Shown here in pieces: positions 34,499 through 44,174 of a stretch of DNA of 56,249 bases (position 1 is its first letter; each line of letters starts with the position of its first letter). The position numbers were made by a program, and so were the translations under genes. The notes beneath the pieces are model-generated. The model saw only the letters and a program-made list of their open reading frames with translations, did not search any database and was not told the origin of the DNA. This stretch comes from a virus (lineage: Duplodnaviria; Caudoviricetes), in IMG/VR virus record IMGVR_UViG_3300031857_000228, positions 1 to 56,249 of that record; one strand, given 5' to 3'.

Positions 34499-34885
34499 AT
34501 GCACGGACCGGCGACGATTCTCATCCTGGCGAAGAAGAAGGCCGGCGGCGGGGGCTACTTCGACCCGATGGCCAACGCCGAGATGGCGATGGGCCCGATG
34601 GAGTACGAGGAAGGCGAGGGCGAGGGCGAGAAGCTCGACCTCGGCAAGATGGACTTCCGCGAGGCGGCGGCCAAGCTCCGCGAGATCGCCGGCCAGCTGG
34701 AGAAGTCGTCCGTGATGCACGGCGAGCAGGCCGCGGCGCTCAAGGCCATCGTCGCCGGTGCCGAGGGTGGCGAGGAAGAGGAGGACGAGGAGGACGAGCC
34801 GACCGGTGAGGAGCCGATGCCCGAGCCTCCGAAGGCCAAGAAGCCGATGCCGGCGTTCCTCAAGCCCAAGCCGATGAAGTACTGA
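34499..34885 (+). CDS. Acidic low-complexity hypothetical protein
   Basis: GAGG RBS; E/G/M/P-rich. Confidence 0.7.
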   Translation: MHGPATILILAKKKAGGGGYFDPMANAEMAMGPMEYEEGEGEGEKLDLGKMDFREAAAKLREIAGQLEKSSVMHGEQAAALKAIVAGAEGGEEEEDEEDEPTGEEPMPEPPKAKKPMPAFLKPKPMKY

Positions 34886-34886
34886 C

Positions 34887-35531
34887 ATGGCTGAAGAGAA
34901 GGCCGGCGAAGAGCCGCCGATCTCCGCGGCGAAGCGCCAAGCGATGGCCGCCGACCGCGTCATGCGGGAGGTGCAGGACTTCCGCGCGGACGACACGGTG
35001 AAAGGCGAAGAGGCAAACCTCGACCGCGCCATGAAGCTGCACGTCGAGCCGAACGAGGGCCTCATCCGCAAGCACGCGGATATGACGGGCATCGACCCAA
35101 AGCTGCTCATGGCCATCATCGCCGTGGAGCAGCGCGGAAACCCGACCCCCGGCAAGTACATGTCGTCGGACGCGGGCGCCGCGGGGATCGCCCAACTCAT
35201 GCCGCTCGTCCAGAAGACGTATGGGGTCAACCCGAGCGACATCGAGGACTCCATTCGCGGCGCCGCCGAGTATCTGCGCGACATGGAGAAGAAGTTCGGC
35301 AGCGACTACCCAGTCCTGGGCGCCGCCTACCACAGCGGCGAGACGAACCTCCGCAGGCACAGCCAGCAGCCGTCTCCGTTTGGGCCGCGGACGCGCGAGT
35401 ACGCGGCGCTGATGAGCATCATGCAGGAGAAGCTCAACCGCGGCGAAGCGGCCGCCAGCTTTCTCGCCAACACCAATCCAACCGAGAAGCTCCGCCAGGA
35501 TCTGCAAGCGGCCGCGAAGGAGAAGAAATGA
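34887..35531 (+). CDS. Soluble lytic transglycosylase (SLT domain)
   Basis: AIIAVE (catalytic Glu), GAAGIAQLMP, GAAEYL and AAYHSG motifs. Confidence 0.88.
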   Translation: MAEEKAGEEPPISAAKRQAMAADRVMREVQDFRADDTVKGEEANLDRAMKLHVEPNEGLIRKHADMTGIDPKLLMAIIAVEQRGNPTPGKYMSSDAGAAGIAQLMPLVQKTYGVNPSDIEDSIRGAAEYLRDMEKKFGSDYPVLGAAYHSGETNLRRHSQQPSPFGPRTREYAALMSIMQEKLNRGEAAASFLANTNPTEKLRQDLQAAAKEKK

Positions 35532-35683
35532 GCGACTACTACGACATCCTGAGCCGCCTCAAGAAGAACACCATCGACGCGCAGAAGGAGATGAACGGCG
35601 TTCCCGACAAGAAGAAGCCGGACCTCTCCAAGCTCGTGCAGAAGCCCGTCGTGAAGGTCGGCGTCCGCATCGGCAATCGGTAG
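35528..35683 (+). CDS. 51-aa basic protein (absent from the ORF track)
   Basis: ATGA overlap and AGGAG RBS: MSDYYDILSRLKKNTIDAQKEMNGVPDKKKPDLSKLVQKPVVKVGVRIGNR. Confidence 0.7.
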   Translation: MSDYYDILSRLKKNTIDAQKEMNGVPDKKKPDLSKLVQKPVVKVGVRIGNR

Positions 35684-35883
35684 TCCCGACTACACTTCGT
35701 AGCCGCGGCTCGACGCCTCGGGGGCCCCGCCCTCGGGGCGTTCTGCGTTTCGTGGCCCCTGAACTGCGAACCGCCGGGAGAGTCGCCCCTCCCGGCGGCC
35801 GCATTGACCCTAACACCCCGGAACCAGCCGTATGCTTACGCACCACAGGCCCATGACGACCTTAGCAAAGTCGCTTCGGTCTG

Positions 35884-36768
35884 TCAACGCTTCGGGCTGT
35901 AGAAAGCGCTCTCGTCGGACTGCGCCATGCGCCGCATGGAGTCCATGATCTCCTTGTAGGAGCGGTTGTCCGTCTGCGCCGTTCCCCCGGCCCGGTTCGG
36001 CCCGAGGTTCATCAGGTTCATCGCCTCGGGCACGGGCTCCGGGGCGGGCGGAGGCGCCGCGCCGTACTTGGCGCGGACCATCGTCACGGCGTCTTCGGGA
36101 TCGACACCGCCGGTGCAGAGGACGCAGAAGGCGTAGAACGCCTCGTCGTTGTCGTAGATGTCCGACGCCTCGGACTTCATCCAGTCCTCGACCTCGGTCA
36201 CCGCCTGCTCGACCTGCCGCTCTTCGGCGGCCTTGGCCTCGTACTCGAACTGCTCCAGCCGCTGGCGCAGCTCGTCGCGCTCGCGCTCGGCCGTACCGTA
36301 CTTGCCCGTCCACTCGTCCGCAGCCTTGCGGACCGACTGCTCGTACTCGTCGCGGAGCGTCTGGAGCGCCGCGTCGTGCGCCGCACGAAGCTGGTCGATC
36401 TCCTTCTGCTTCTCCGCCATCGGGTCGGCGTCGCCCGACAGCCAGCGCTGGATGCGCTGCTCGTCGTCGCGAATCTTCGCCTCGCGGCGCTCCAGGTCAC
36501 GACGCCGAGACGCCGTGTCCTGGAACGCCTTGGTGAAGCCGCGCTCGAAGTTCCGGTACTTCGACTCGAAGCCGCGAACGAGGGTGTTGCGGAGCCCGTC
36601 GTCGCCGATGCGCCCGAACCAGTCGGACTTCGTCAGCGCGTCCAGCTCTCCGTTCCAGTCGAAGACCGACGGCGCGTCCTCGGTGAACGAGGCTTCCGCT
36701 TCGCCCCCTTCGGCCGCTTCGGTCTCCTCGTTCAGGGTCTCAGTCTCTTCGTTCTCGGCTTCGAGCAT
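35884..36768 (-). CDS. Capsid scaffolding protein
   Basis: Acidic N-terminus, long coiled coil, FTKAFQ segment, Pro linker and C-terminal helix; lies downstream of the portal. Confidence 0.7.
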   Translation of the reverse strand: MLEAENEETETLNEETEAAEGGEAEASFTEDAPSVFDWNGELDALTKSDWFGRIGDDGLRNTLVRGFESKYRNFERGFTKAFQDTASRRRDLERREAKIRDDEQRIQRWLSGDADPMAEKQKEIDQLRAAHDAALQTLRDEYEQSVRKAADEWTGKYGTAERERDELRQRLEQFEYEAKAAEERQVEQAVTEVEDWMKSEASDIYDNDEAFYAFCVLCTGGVDPEDAVTMVRAKYGAAPPPAPEPVPEAMNLMNLGPNRAGGTAQTDNRSYKEIMDSMRRMAQSDESAFYSPKR

Positions 36769-36780
36769 CAGTCCTCCGGT

Positions 36781-37281
36781 CTACTTCTTCATCGGCCCAG
36801 GCGTGGGCTCCATCGGGGGAGGCCCGGCCGCGGGGGCCTTCATGCCCTCCGAAGCCATCGCCTTCCGAGCCATCGTGTCCTCGCCGGCGCCGATGTTCTT
36901 CTCCAGCTGCATGCGGAGATTCATGTCCTTCTCCAGCATCATCGCCAGCTCGGCGGGGCTCTTGCCGGCGAGCTTCGGCATCATCTGCGCGGCGTCGTAG
37001 AGCGCCTGGGCCTTCTCGGCCGAGACGCCGAGGGTGTCCGCGAGGACGGCCATCTCGTCGCCCATCTCGCCACCCATCTTGCCGCCCGGAGCGGGGGCCT
37101 TCGCGCCCATCTCGCCGCCCGGAGCGCCCATCTCGCCGCCCTTCGCGGCGCCCTCGATCGCGCCACCCGCAGGAGGCGGGCCGCCACCAGCGTCGAGGAT
37201 CGCCTGGATCTCATCCGCCAGCGGCTTGATGTCGCGGCTGGGCACGATCCCGCCCGCAGGCATCTTGTTCATGTCGGCCAT
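36781..37281 (-). CDS. Met/Gly/Pro-rich hypothetical protein of the head module
   Basis: AGGAG RBS; GGEMG repeats. Confidence 0.7.
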   Translation of the reverse strand: MADMNKMPAGGIVPSRDIKPLADEIQAILDAGGGPPPAGGAIEGAAKGGEMGAPGGEMGAKAPAPGGKMGGEMGDEMAVLADTLGVSAEKAQALYDAAQMMPKLAGKSPAELAMMLEKDMNLRMQLEKNIGAGEDTMARKAMASEGMKAPAAGPPPMEPTPGPMKK

Positions 37282-37343
37282 TGGAATCTCCTAACATGGT
37301 TTGAGTAAACCGGGAAGGTAGAGAAAGAGCGCGACCCGGTTCG

Positions 37344-37574
37344 CTACTCTTCGTCCGGCGATTCGTCCTCGAAGCCGGGGCCCGCAGGCACCAGCTCGAA
37401 CGCGACACGGTGCGACCCGGCGATGAGGATGAGCTTGTTCGGCACGCGCCGCCGCTCTCCCGTCACTCGGTCTTCGAGAACCGAGATGTCCTGCACGTCG
37501 AGCACGCCGGCGACGCGGATGTCGCGCTGCCGCGCCGCGGCCCGACGCTTCGCCTCCGCCAAGTCCGGCTTCAC
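37344..37574 (-). CDS. Hypothetical protein
   Basis: GTGA overlap with the upstream gene. Confidence 0.6.
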   Translation of the reverse strand: MKPDLAEAKRRAAARQRDIRVAGVLDVQDISVLEDRVTGERRRVPNKLILIAGSHRVAFELVPAGPGFEDESPDEE

Positions 37575-38020
37575 GGCGACACTACGGGCTTCGACATGAT
37601 CTTCGTCGCGCGGCCCGCCTTCTCGGCCTCGCCTTCCACGGTGCGCTGGCGCAGCTCGGTCTCGGTGACCCCGTTGCGCTTCTTCGTCTCGTAGGAGCGC
37701 TGGCGGATGGCGTCGATGCGCGCCTGCTTCTGCGACTTCGACTCGCCCTCCAGCTCGATGCGGTGGCCGGGGAAGCGCTGCTGGATGACCGACACGGCGC
37801 GGTCGTAGTCTTCCTTCGTCTCGGCCTTGCCCAGCACGCCCATGTCAACAGCCGTGAAGCTGCCATAGCCATGCCCGCGAACCGAGGGCCCCTGCCCGTG
37901 GCTCCAGTCGATCTTGGTCGCACCACCGCAGAGCGCGCACGCGGGGAGGTGCCCCACGACAACGAACTCGTCGCTGAAGATTGTATCACAGTCGAAGCAG
38001 CGAATGTCGTGAATCGGCAT
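37571..38020 (-). CDS. FmdB-like zinc-ribbon protein
   Basis: MPIHDIRCFDC...CALCGG; commonly located after the portal. Confidence 0.75.
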   Translation of the reverse strand: MPIHDIRCFDCDTIFSDEFVVVGHLPACALCGGATKIDWSHGQGPSVRGHGYGSFTAVDMGVLGKAETKEDYDRAVSVIQQRFPGHRIELEGESKSQKQARIDAIRQRSYETKKRNGVTETELRQRTVEGEAEKAGRATKIMSKPVVSP

Positions 38021-38028
38021 CTTTTTTC

Positions 38029-39759
38029 CTACGCGACGGGGATGGGAGTGGGGCCCATAGCTTCCATGACATCGGAGGGGGCGTTCTGCGTCGCCGCCTC
38101 CACCGTCTCGGTGGCGGGCACCTCTGTGGGGACCGCGCCGGGCGGCAGCGGAGGACCGCCGGGGGCCGCGCCGGGAGCGCCGCCCATCGCGCCCATCATC
38201 TGCGCCATCATCATCTGCTGCGCGGCCTGCTCCTGGGCCTCCATCTCCTCGCGGGGGATGAGCAGCTTCGTGGAGAGGCCGACGCCGGTGACCAGCTCTT
38301 CCAGCAGGGCGCGCTTGTTGACGTTCGGATCCTGCGCGAGGATCGGGAACATCTTGAGCAGCGTCTCGGAGAGCACCGAGGGGTTCTGGCGGATGGGGTT
38401 GTAGGACACCATCGAGAAGTTCACGTCGACATCGCGAATGTCGCCGAGGCTCACCTCGCTCCAGCCCTCGTGGCCGCTGACCTGGACGAGCTTCGGCTCC
38501 TTCATGTACTTCTTCGACAGGTAGAAGCACTTCTCGGCGACATCCTCCAGCGCGCCGTTGATGTGCCCCTCGCGCGTCGCGAGACGAGTCCGCATCTGGG
38601 CGTCGATGATCGCCATCTCCGTCGCGGTGCGCGCACCGGCGACCTGACCGCGGGCCGCCTCGGCAAGCGCCGAGATGAACGCCGCGTCGCCCTCCTGACG
38701 CGCGATGAAGTTCTCGACGCCGACCGGCACCTGGGGCATCGGCATCTCGTAGAACAGCGTGGAGAGGGTGCGAAGCCCCTCGGCGTTCGTCGGGCTGATG
38801 GGGACGAACGAGCCCGTCGCCGCCTCGACGGCCTTGTTGAGGTCTTCCTCGGTGATCAGCTCGCTGTTGAACAGGATGCGCGGGATCATCAGGTAGACGA
38901 TCTGCTTCATGTGCGTGAGCAGGTCGTTGATGGTCTCCTGCTGGTTGAGGACGAGCTGGACCTCGGAGAGGCCGAGACAGTCCACCGCGCTCTGGTTCAG
39001 CGAGAACATGGAGTATGGGACGTAGTCCAGCTCCTGCTCGAACACGACGGCGTCGGCCTGCCGCACATAGTGCGTGACCTTGTTCGCCTCGCGGTCGTAG
39101 TACTCCCACACCGTGACCCACTCGAACGCATCGCGGAGCTGCCCGCTGTCGGTGTTCTTGTAGGTGTCGCTGATCCACTTCGGGTAGCGGTCCGGCGTGA
39201 TGTCGTCCATCTTCGCCGACCGGTACGCGCCGCTCTGCACCCGCCGCTTGAACTCGGTGTAGGGGATGACCGCCGCCTCCAGCCAGTAGCGAATGTCGTC
39301 CGGGTCACGGACGGTCTGGTCGAAGAACACCGCGCCGGGCTCCAGCACGCGCACCAGCGGCCGGTCCTCGACGGCGTTCCAGCCCGTCTTGAAGATGCCG
39401 CGCTTGCAGAGGACGGCGTCGATGAGCGCCGTCGCAGCGCGGCGCCGCATCTTGTTCGCGTCGAAGACGTATTCCATCAGCCCGTTCACCAGGGGGATGA
39501 CCTCCTGGCTCTCGCGGTTGCGGGGATTCGCCGCGACCTTCGGGTTCGGGCCGAGCAGCGCGCTCACCGCCGTGTCGGCGATGGCGTAGATCATGTTCTT
39601 CGAGCAGAGGAACGACGGAATGGCCCCGTCGCTCAGGTTCGTGTCGTTGCGCGAGATGTAGAAATCGCCGCGGTAGTACCGACGCGCCTTGTCGAAGTTC
39701 TTCTTCTCGACCCGCTCGTAGTAGCGCCTGTGATTGTCGATGAGCTTGGAAAGGTTCAT
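38029..39759 (-). CDS. Portal protein
   Basis: ~576 aa, ATGA-coupled to TerL; GIFKTGW, ARGQ..GARTATE..I and a Q/P/G-rich tail as in P22/T7-like portals. Confidence 0.85.
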   Translation of the reverse strand: MNLSKLIDNHRRYYERVEKKNFDKARRYYRGDFYISRNDTNLSDGAIPSFLCSKNMIYAIADTAVSALLGPNPKVAANPRNRESQEVIPLVNGLMEYVFDANKMRRRAATALIDAVLCKRGIFKTGWNAVEDRPLVRVLEPGAVFFDQTVRDPDDIRYWLEAAVIPYTEFKRRVQSGAYRSAKMDDITPDRYPKWISDTYKNTDSGQLRDAFEWVTVWEYYDREANKVTHYVRQADAVVFEQELDYVPYSMFSLNQSAVDCLGLSEVQLVLNQQETINDLLTHMKQIVYLMIPRILFNSELITEEDLNKAVEAATGSFVPISPTNAEGLRTLSTLFYEMPMPQVPVGVENFIARQEGDAAFISALAEAARGQVAGARTATEMAIIDAQMRTRLATREGHINGALEDVAEKCFYLSKKYMKEPKLVQVSGHEGWSEVSLGDIRDVDVNFSMVSYNPIRQNPSVLSETLLKMFPILAQDPNVNKRALLEELVTGVGLSTKLLIPREEMEAQEQAAQQMMMAQMMGAMGGAPGAAPGGPPLPPGAVPTEVPATETVEAATQNAPSDVMEAMGPTPIPVA

Positions 39760-41405
39760 GTCCACTCCCGAGCGATGGGCTTGAAGGGGTTCCTCGCCGC
39801 GGCTCGCTCATGATGCTTGAATCGATCAAGGTCGGCAATCGTAACGCGCGACCCGTCCGAAGTCCCGAAATCCTGCACGGGCGTCGGGGCTTCGTCCGCC
39901 GTGAATCGGCGCCGCGACAGAATGTCGGCCGCCATGACGGCCGTGCGCGCGAGGTCGAAGTGGTGCGTCGTGCCGTCGTTGTTCGACGAGCGCTTCGTCC
40001 GGTTGCCGTCGTAGTTCATCAGCTGGTGGAGCAGCGGCTTCGACTTGATGGTCAGCTCGTTGTCGCGGAGCATCCGCACGAGGCGCGCCTCGCCTTCCTG
40101 CACGCGCTTCTCGGTCGCGTACCAGCCGGGATGGTTGCGGTCCGTCCAGAGGAGGTTCTTCGCGCCCTTGTCCTTCAGCATGGCGATGCACGCCGCCGCG
40201 TTGCTCTCGACTGCCAGCAGCGCGTGGTTGTAGAACCGCTGGAGGTTGAGCAGCCGCTCCGCGAAACGACCTGGGTCTTCTCGACCTTCCCACATCGCGA
40301 CCTCGCGGCGCTCGATGGCGTCCCACACCGTCACGGCGCTGTTGTCGCCGACGCTGCCGAAGCCCGCCGGGTCGGCGCAGACGAGGTACGCGCGGCCGCG
40401 CACGGGCCGCTCCAGCAGCGAGGCCCCCTTCGGCATCGGCTCGGGCGGCACGACGGAGGTGAGGAGGCTCTCCTTCAACACGTCGATGGGCATGACGGGC
40501 GCACCACCGCCGAGCCAGCCGTCGTAGGGGTCGCTGGGGTACTTCGAGGTGAACAGACGCTCGTCGTTCGCCATCTCCGTCTGGAGCGAGATGCGCCGAA
40601 ACGCGAGGTTGTACAGGTCCATCCCTGGATGGCGCTTCATGTACTCCAGCTCGGTGTCGGTCGGCCGGAACCCGGTGGGGTCAACCCGGCAGCTCGGGTC
40701 GAGCCACCATTCCAAGAAGACCGGGTGGAAACGACCCTTGCCCTCCAGCGCGTTGTGCCACATGGTCTCGTGGTGGCTGCCCGACGAGCCGGGCGTGGAC
40801 TCCAGGATGACGCGCGCGTTCTGGCGCTTGTTGACCGCGGGGAAGATGTTCGCGGCCGCCTTCCGCTGCCACTGCGCCTCGCCGAACTCCGTGATGAGCA
40901 GTCGGTCGATGGAGCGACCGACCGCGGGAGAGCGCCCGCCCGCCGTCAATACCTTGATACCGCCGCCGTGGGCGAAGTGAATCTGCGTCGTTCCGGGCTT
41001 GCGGCCCGACTCGACGGGGACCTTGACGTCGTCGGGCAGTCGCCCGTAGGCGAACAGGATGCGCTCGAAGATGTCCTCCGCCGTGTCCTGCCGCTCGGCG
41101 ATGAGGACGCCCTTCACGCCTTCCAGGTACATGCAGTCGCGGAGCAGCAGCATGACCGAGGGGGTCGTAATCTTCGCCTGCCGGAACTTGTCGCAGATGA
41201 CCCAGCGATGGTCCGAACACGCCTGCAAGAACTTCATCTGGATGTTCGTCGGCTCCAGATAGCCGATGCTCTCGTCTTCTCGGACGATCTGGCACATCGA
41301 AACGAACGCCCACGGCGTCGAGAAGAGCGCCTGCACCTTTCCCATGTGAAGGCCCGGAATCTGCGCGATCTTCGCGCCGCCGGGTAGACTCGCCGGTGCG
41401 TTCAC
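39756..41405 (-). CDS. terL: Terminase large subunit
   Basis: KFRQAKITT, GRSIDRLLITEF, ILESTP, FLEWW, KYP and nuclease motifs CADPAG...DNS and VESN. Confidence 0.9.
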   Translation of the reverse strand: MNAPASLPGGAKIAQIPGLHMGKVQALFSTPWAFVSMCQIVREDESIGYLEPTNIQMKFLQACSDHRWVICDKFRQAKITTPSVMLLLRDCMYLEGVKGVLIAERQDTAEDIFERILFAYGRLPDDVKVPVESGRKPGTTQIHFAHGGGIKVLTAGGRSPAVGRSIDRLLITEFGEAQWQRKAAANIFPAVNKRQNARVILESTPGSSGSHHETMWHNALEGKGRFHPVFLEWWLDPSCRVDPTGFRPTDTELEYMKRHPGMDLYNLAFRRISLQTEMANDERLFTSKYPSDPYDGWLGGGAPVMPIDVLKESLLTSVVPPEPMPKGASLLERPVRGRAYLVCADPAGFGSVGDNSAVTVWDAIERREVAMWEGREDPGRFAERLLNLQRFYNHALLAVESNAAACIAMLKDKGAKNLLWTDRNHPGWYATEKRVQEGEARLVRMLRDNELTIKSKPLLHQLMNYDGNRTKRSSNNDGTTHHFDLARTAVMAADILSRRRFTADEAPTPVQDFGTSDGSRVTIADLDRFKHHERAAARNPFKPIAREWT

Positions 41406-41455
41406 AGTAAGATGCTCCTGCGACTATACTATAACGGTATGGCGCGGAGGTCTAC
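41401..41455. promoter_or_regulatory. Overlapping divergent promoter region between terL and the small-protein cluster
   Basis: Plus strand TTCACA-18-TATACT; minus strand TAGACC-17-TAGTAT; operator-like TACTATAACGGTA at 41427-41439. Confidence 0.45.
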
Positions 41456-41456
41456 C

Positions 41457-41675
41457 GTGGCCGAGAAATGGATTCGAGACGCCATCAAGAATCCGGGGGC
41501 TCTTCGCGAGAAGATGGGCGCCAAGGAAGGCGAGAACATCTCGAAGGACAAGCTCGCCGCCAAGGAGTCTCAGCTCCGAAAGGAAGGCGAAGGCGACAAG
41601 AAGCTGTCCTCGGCGAAGCGCACGCTGCTGAAGCAGATCGTGCTGGCCCGTACCCTCAGCAAGATGAACAAGTAG
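41457..41675 (+). CDS. Small basic phage protein (KWI..AIK.PGAL type)
   Basis: GGAGG RBS and GTG at 41457. Confidence 0.75.
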   Translation: MAEKWIRDAIKNPGALREKMGAKEGENISKDKLAAKESQLRKEGEGDKKLSSAKRTLLKQIVLARTLSKMNK

Positions 41676-41684
41676 GGAGCGGTC

Positions 41685-41963
41685 ATGGCGAAGAGTGGAG
41701 ATCCGTTCGGGCTGAACGACTTCAGCGAGGACGAGGCCAAGCTGACCGCGAGCTACAACAAGATGCTCGCGGGAGAGCAGCAGCGTGGCGACACGATGAA
41801 GTCGTACCTCTCGCAGCGCGCGGCTCGCCCGCCGACGCAGGCTCCGATGGCTACAGCATCCGTGTCTACCCCGAGTCCAGCGACGACGCCTCGACCCGTT
41901 GCATCTGAACGGCGCGGTGTGCTTCGACAGCTCGTGCAGTCCATGCTGGGAGGTGCAAAGTGA
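41685..41963 (+). CDS. Hypothetical protein
   Basis: GGGAG RBS; GTGA overlap with the next gene. Confidence 0.7.
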   Translation: MAKSGDPFGLNDFSEDEAKLTASYNKMLAGEQQRGDTMKSYLSQRAARPPTQAPMATASVSTPSPATTPRPVASERRGVLRQLVQSMLGGAK

Positions 41964-42091
41964 TCGGCACCGACGTCCAGAACACCACCCGTCCCGACCT
42001 CAAGGCCGCCAAGGCCGCGCCGGCGTCGGCGAAGCGTGAACTGCTGAAGCAGCTCGTCATGAACCGGATGAAGAAGACCTATGGCAGCTGA
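41960..42091 (+). CDS. 43-aa basic protein (absent from the ORF track)
   Basis: GGAGG RBS: MIGTDVQNTTRPDLKAAKAAPASAKRELLKQLVMNRMKKTYGS. Confidence 0.7.
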   Translation: MIGTDVQNTTRPDLKAAKAAPASAKRELLKQLVMNRMKKTYGS

Positions 42092-42470
42092 CGGAAAGTA
42101 CAGCCACATCAGCTTCCGGCCCCCGCAGTCGGTGGCGGCAGCGGCCGTCCGCGGGCTCATGCTGCGCCGCGAGCAGTCGAAGTCCCAGAAGGCGGGCCTC
42201 GACGTGAAGCAGGCTGCGGCGCAGGGCATCGGTTCGGGCGTGCAGCGCGCGGCGAATCTGAAGAACCGCTCCGAGATGGACCCGTCCACCGTGAAGCGGA
42301 TGAAGGCGTACTTCGACCGGCACGCCAGCAACTACCAACTCGATCCCGGCAAGAGCCCCCGCGAGGACAAGGGCTACGTCGCCGGCCTTCTGTGGGGCGG
42401 CGAAGCCGGGAAGTCCTGGTCGAACAAGGTCGTGCGGCAGATGGAGGCCGCCGACAAGCGAGGGAAGTGA
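42081..42470 (+). CDS. Conserved basic phage head-module protein
   Basis: PP..V...A.RGL, GVQRA, TVKRMKAYFDRH and LLWGG.AG..W motifs. Confidence 0.75.
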   Translation: MAADGKYSHISFRPPQSVAAAAVRGLMLRREQSKSQKAGLDVKQAAAQGIGSGVQRAANLKNRSEMDPSTVKRMKAYFDRHASNYQLDPGKSPREDKGYVAGLLWGGEAGKSWSNKVVRQMEAADKRGK

Positions 42471-42892
42471 TGGACCGCCGCGCCGCGTTGAAGCAGGTCT
42501 ACTCCAACCCCGAACTGCGAGAGCGCATCAAGAAGCGCATCCTCGCCGGCGGGAAGGGCGGGCGGCCCGGCCAGTGGTCCGCCCGCAAGGCGCAGATGGT
42601 CGCGCAGGAGTACAAGAAGGCCGGCGGCGGATACCGCAGCGGCCCGTCGAAGACGCAGAAGAGCCTCAAGCGCTGGACGAAGCAGGAGTGGACGACGCCC
42701 TCCGGCAAGCCCAGCGTCCAGGGCTCGAAGGCGACAGGCGAGGTCTACGCCCCAAAGCGCGCCATCGAGAAGCTGCGTTCCAGCGCAGGCGGCATGGCGA
42801 AGCTGGCGGCGGCGACGCGCAAGAAGCGCGAGGCGACTCGCGAGGGCGAGCAGTTCGCACGGCACGGCCTCCACGAAGGCGCGGACCGTTAG
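42470..42892 (+). CDS. DUF5872-like basic protein
   Basis: GGRPGQWSARKAQ...YKKAGGGY...SLKRWTKQEW; TGATG coupling. Confidence 0.75.
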   Translation: MDRRAALKQVYSNPELRERIKKRILAGGKGGRPGQWSARKAQMVAQEYKKAGGGYRSGPSKTQKSLKRWTKQEWTTPSGKPSVQGSKATGEVYAPKRAIEKLRSSAGGMAKLAAATRKKREATREGEQFARHGLHEGADR

Positions 42893-42947
42893 TCCATAGC
42901 CCCTCGCACCCCCGTCTAATAACGCGAAATAAATCTTCTGCAACCCC

Positions 42948-42976
42948 TTGCGCGTAGATACCCATAGCGGTAATCT
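42948..42976 (+). promoter_or_regulatory. Promoter for the capsid operon, followed by a ~140-nt leader
   Basis: TTGCGC-17-TAATCT with an A/T-rich upstream segment; overlapping IR cgtagat/atctacg. Confidence 0.6.
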
Positions 42977-43124
42977 ACGGATGCACCCCTCATCGGTGTT
43001 TCGGGTAGCCCCTCGGGGTCCGTAGCTACGAAGAGCGGGCAGGCGCAGCACGAACTTCAACTGTTCCTTCGACCACGCCGGTCGGAGTCGCGACGCGCGT
43101 CTGCCCCCGGCTATGGAGTTTCCG

Positions 43125-44174
43125 ATGGCGATCTCTACCGAAATCCTCAACACTACCTTCGCGGACCTCCGCGGCCCCCTCGTCAACTCCTTCGTCCGCT
43201 CCAACGAGCTGCTCCAGCAGCTCATGGACAAGGCGCGCATGCCCTCCGAGGGCGGCAGCCTCATCGAGCGGTCCTTCGCCGGCGGCGCTCCCGCCCGCGG
43301 CGTGGGCGTGTTCGTCGGCGACGAGCTGCTCAACATGACCCGCCGTCAGCAGACCAAGCGGTTCCAGGTCGAGCCCCACCGCATCGTGGCCGCGATCAAC
43401 ATCCCCAAGAAGGAGCTGCTCTTCAACAGCGGCAAGCTCGCCGTGATCCGGCTCATCGAGGAGTACCCGCAGACCACCCTTGAGGGTGCGAAGGCCGACC
43501 TCAACGCCTTCCTCCTCACCGGCGTGTCCCGTGGCCTCGTGTTCCAGACCGCCGACCTCGCCGGCTTCCTCAGCCTCAACGGCGAGTTCACCGCCGGCTC
43601 CGGCACGGGCGTGACCAACGGCCTCCTCAAGTTCGCGGCCCCCCCGTCCCAGAACCAGAACGTGCAGAGCGTGGTGAAGTCTACCTCGTACTCGCACTTC
43701 AACCAGTACGGCGCGATCACCGCCTGGGCCACCGACGGCCTCCCCACCCTCCGCAAGACCTACCGCCAGTGCGCCCACTACGCGGGCGGCATGGGCAAGG
43801 GCCCGGACCTCGTGGTCATGGACGACGACACCTACACCAACTTCGAGGACTCCCGCCTCTCCCTCGTCCGCGTGACGCTGGTCGAGGACAAGACCGAGAA
43901 GAGCAACATGCTCGGCCTCGATCTCGGCGTGGCGAAGGTGTACAGCTCCATCGACCTCGACCGCTCGGCCTTCCCGTCCCCGGCGTCCAACGGCGCGACC
44001 TACATCCTCAACACCGACTTCATCGAGATGCCGCTCATGGAGGCCCCGTCCATCACCCCGTTCACCGAGCGCGTCGGTGACCAGGACGTCGTGACCGCGA
44101 TCTTCTCGATGCAGGGCAACCTCATCTGCACGAAGACCCCGGCCCAGGGCTGCGTTTCCGGCGGCGCCCTCTAA
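43125..44174 (+). CDS. Major capsid protein
   Basis: ~349 aa with very strong C3 codon bias; GGAG RBS before ATG 43125; GGSLIE, PDLVV, YILNT and GNL motifs typical of podoviral HK97-fold MCPs. Confidence 0.85.
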   Translation: MAISTEILNTTFADLRGPLVNSFVRSNELLQQLMDKARMPSEGGSLIERSFAGGAPARGVGVFVGDELLNMTRRQQTKRFQVEPHRIVAAINIPKKELLFNSGKLAVIRLIEEYPQTTLEGAKADLNAFLLTGVSRGLVFQTADLAGFLSLNGEFTAGSGTGVTNGLLKFAAPPSQNQNVQSVVKSTSYSHFNQYGAITAWATDGLPTLRKTYRQCAHYAGGMGKGPDLVVMDDDTYTNFEDSRLSLVRVTLVEDKTEKSNMLGLDLGVAKVYSSIDLDRSAFPSPASNGATYILNTDFIEMPLMEAPSITPFTERVGDQDVVTAIFSMQGNLICTKTPAQGCVSGGAL

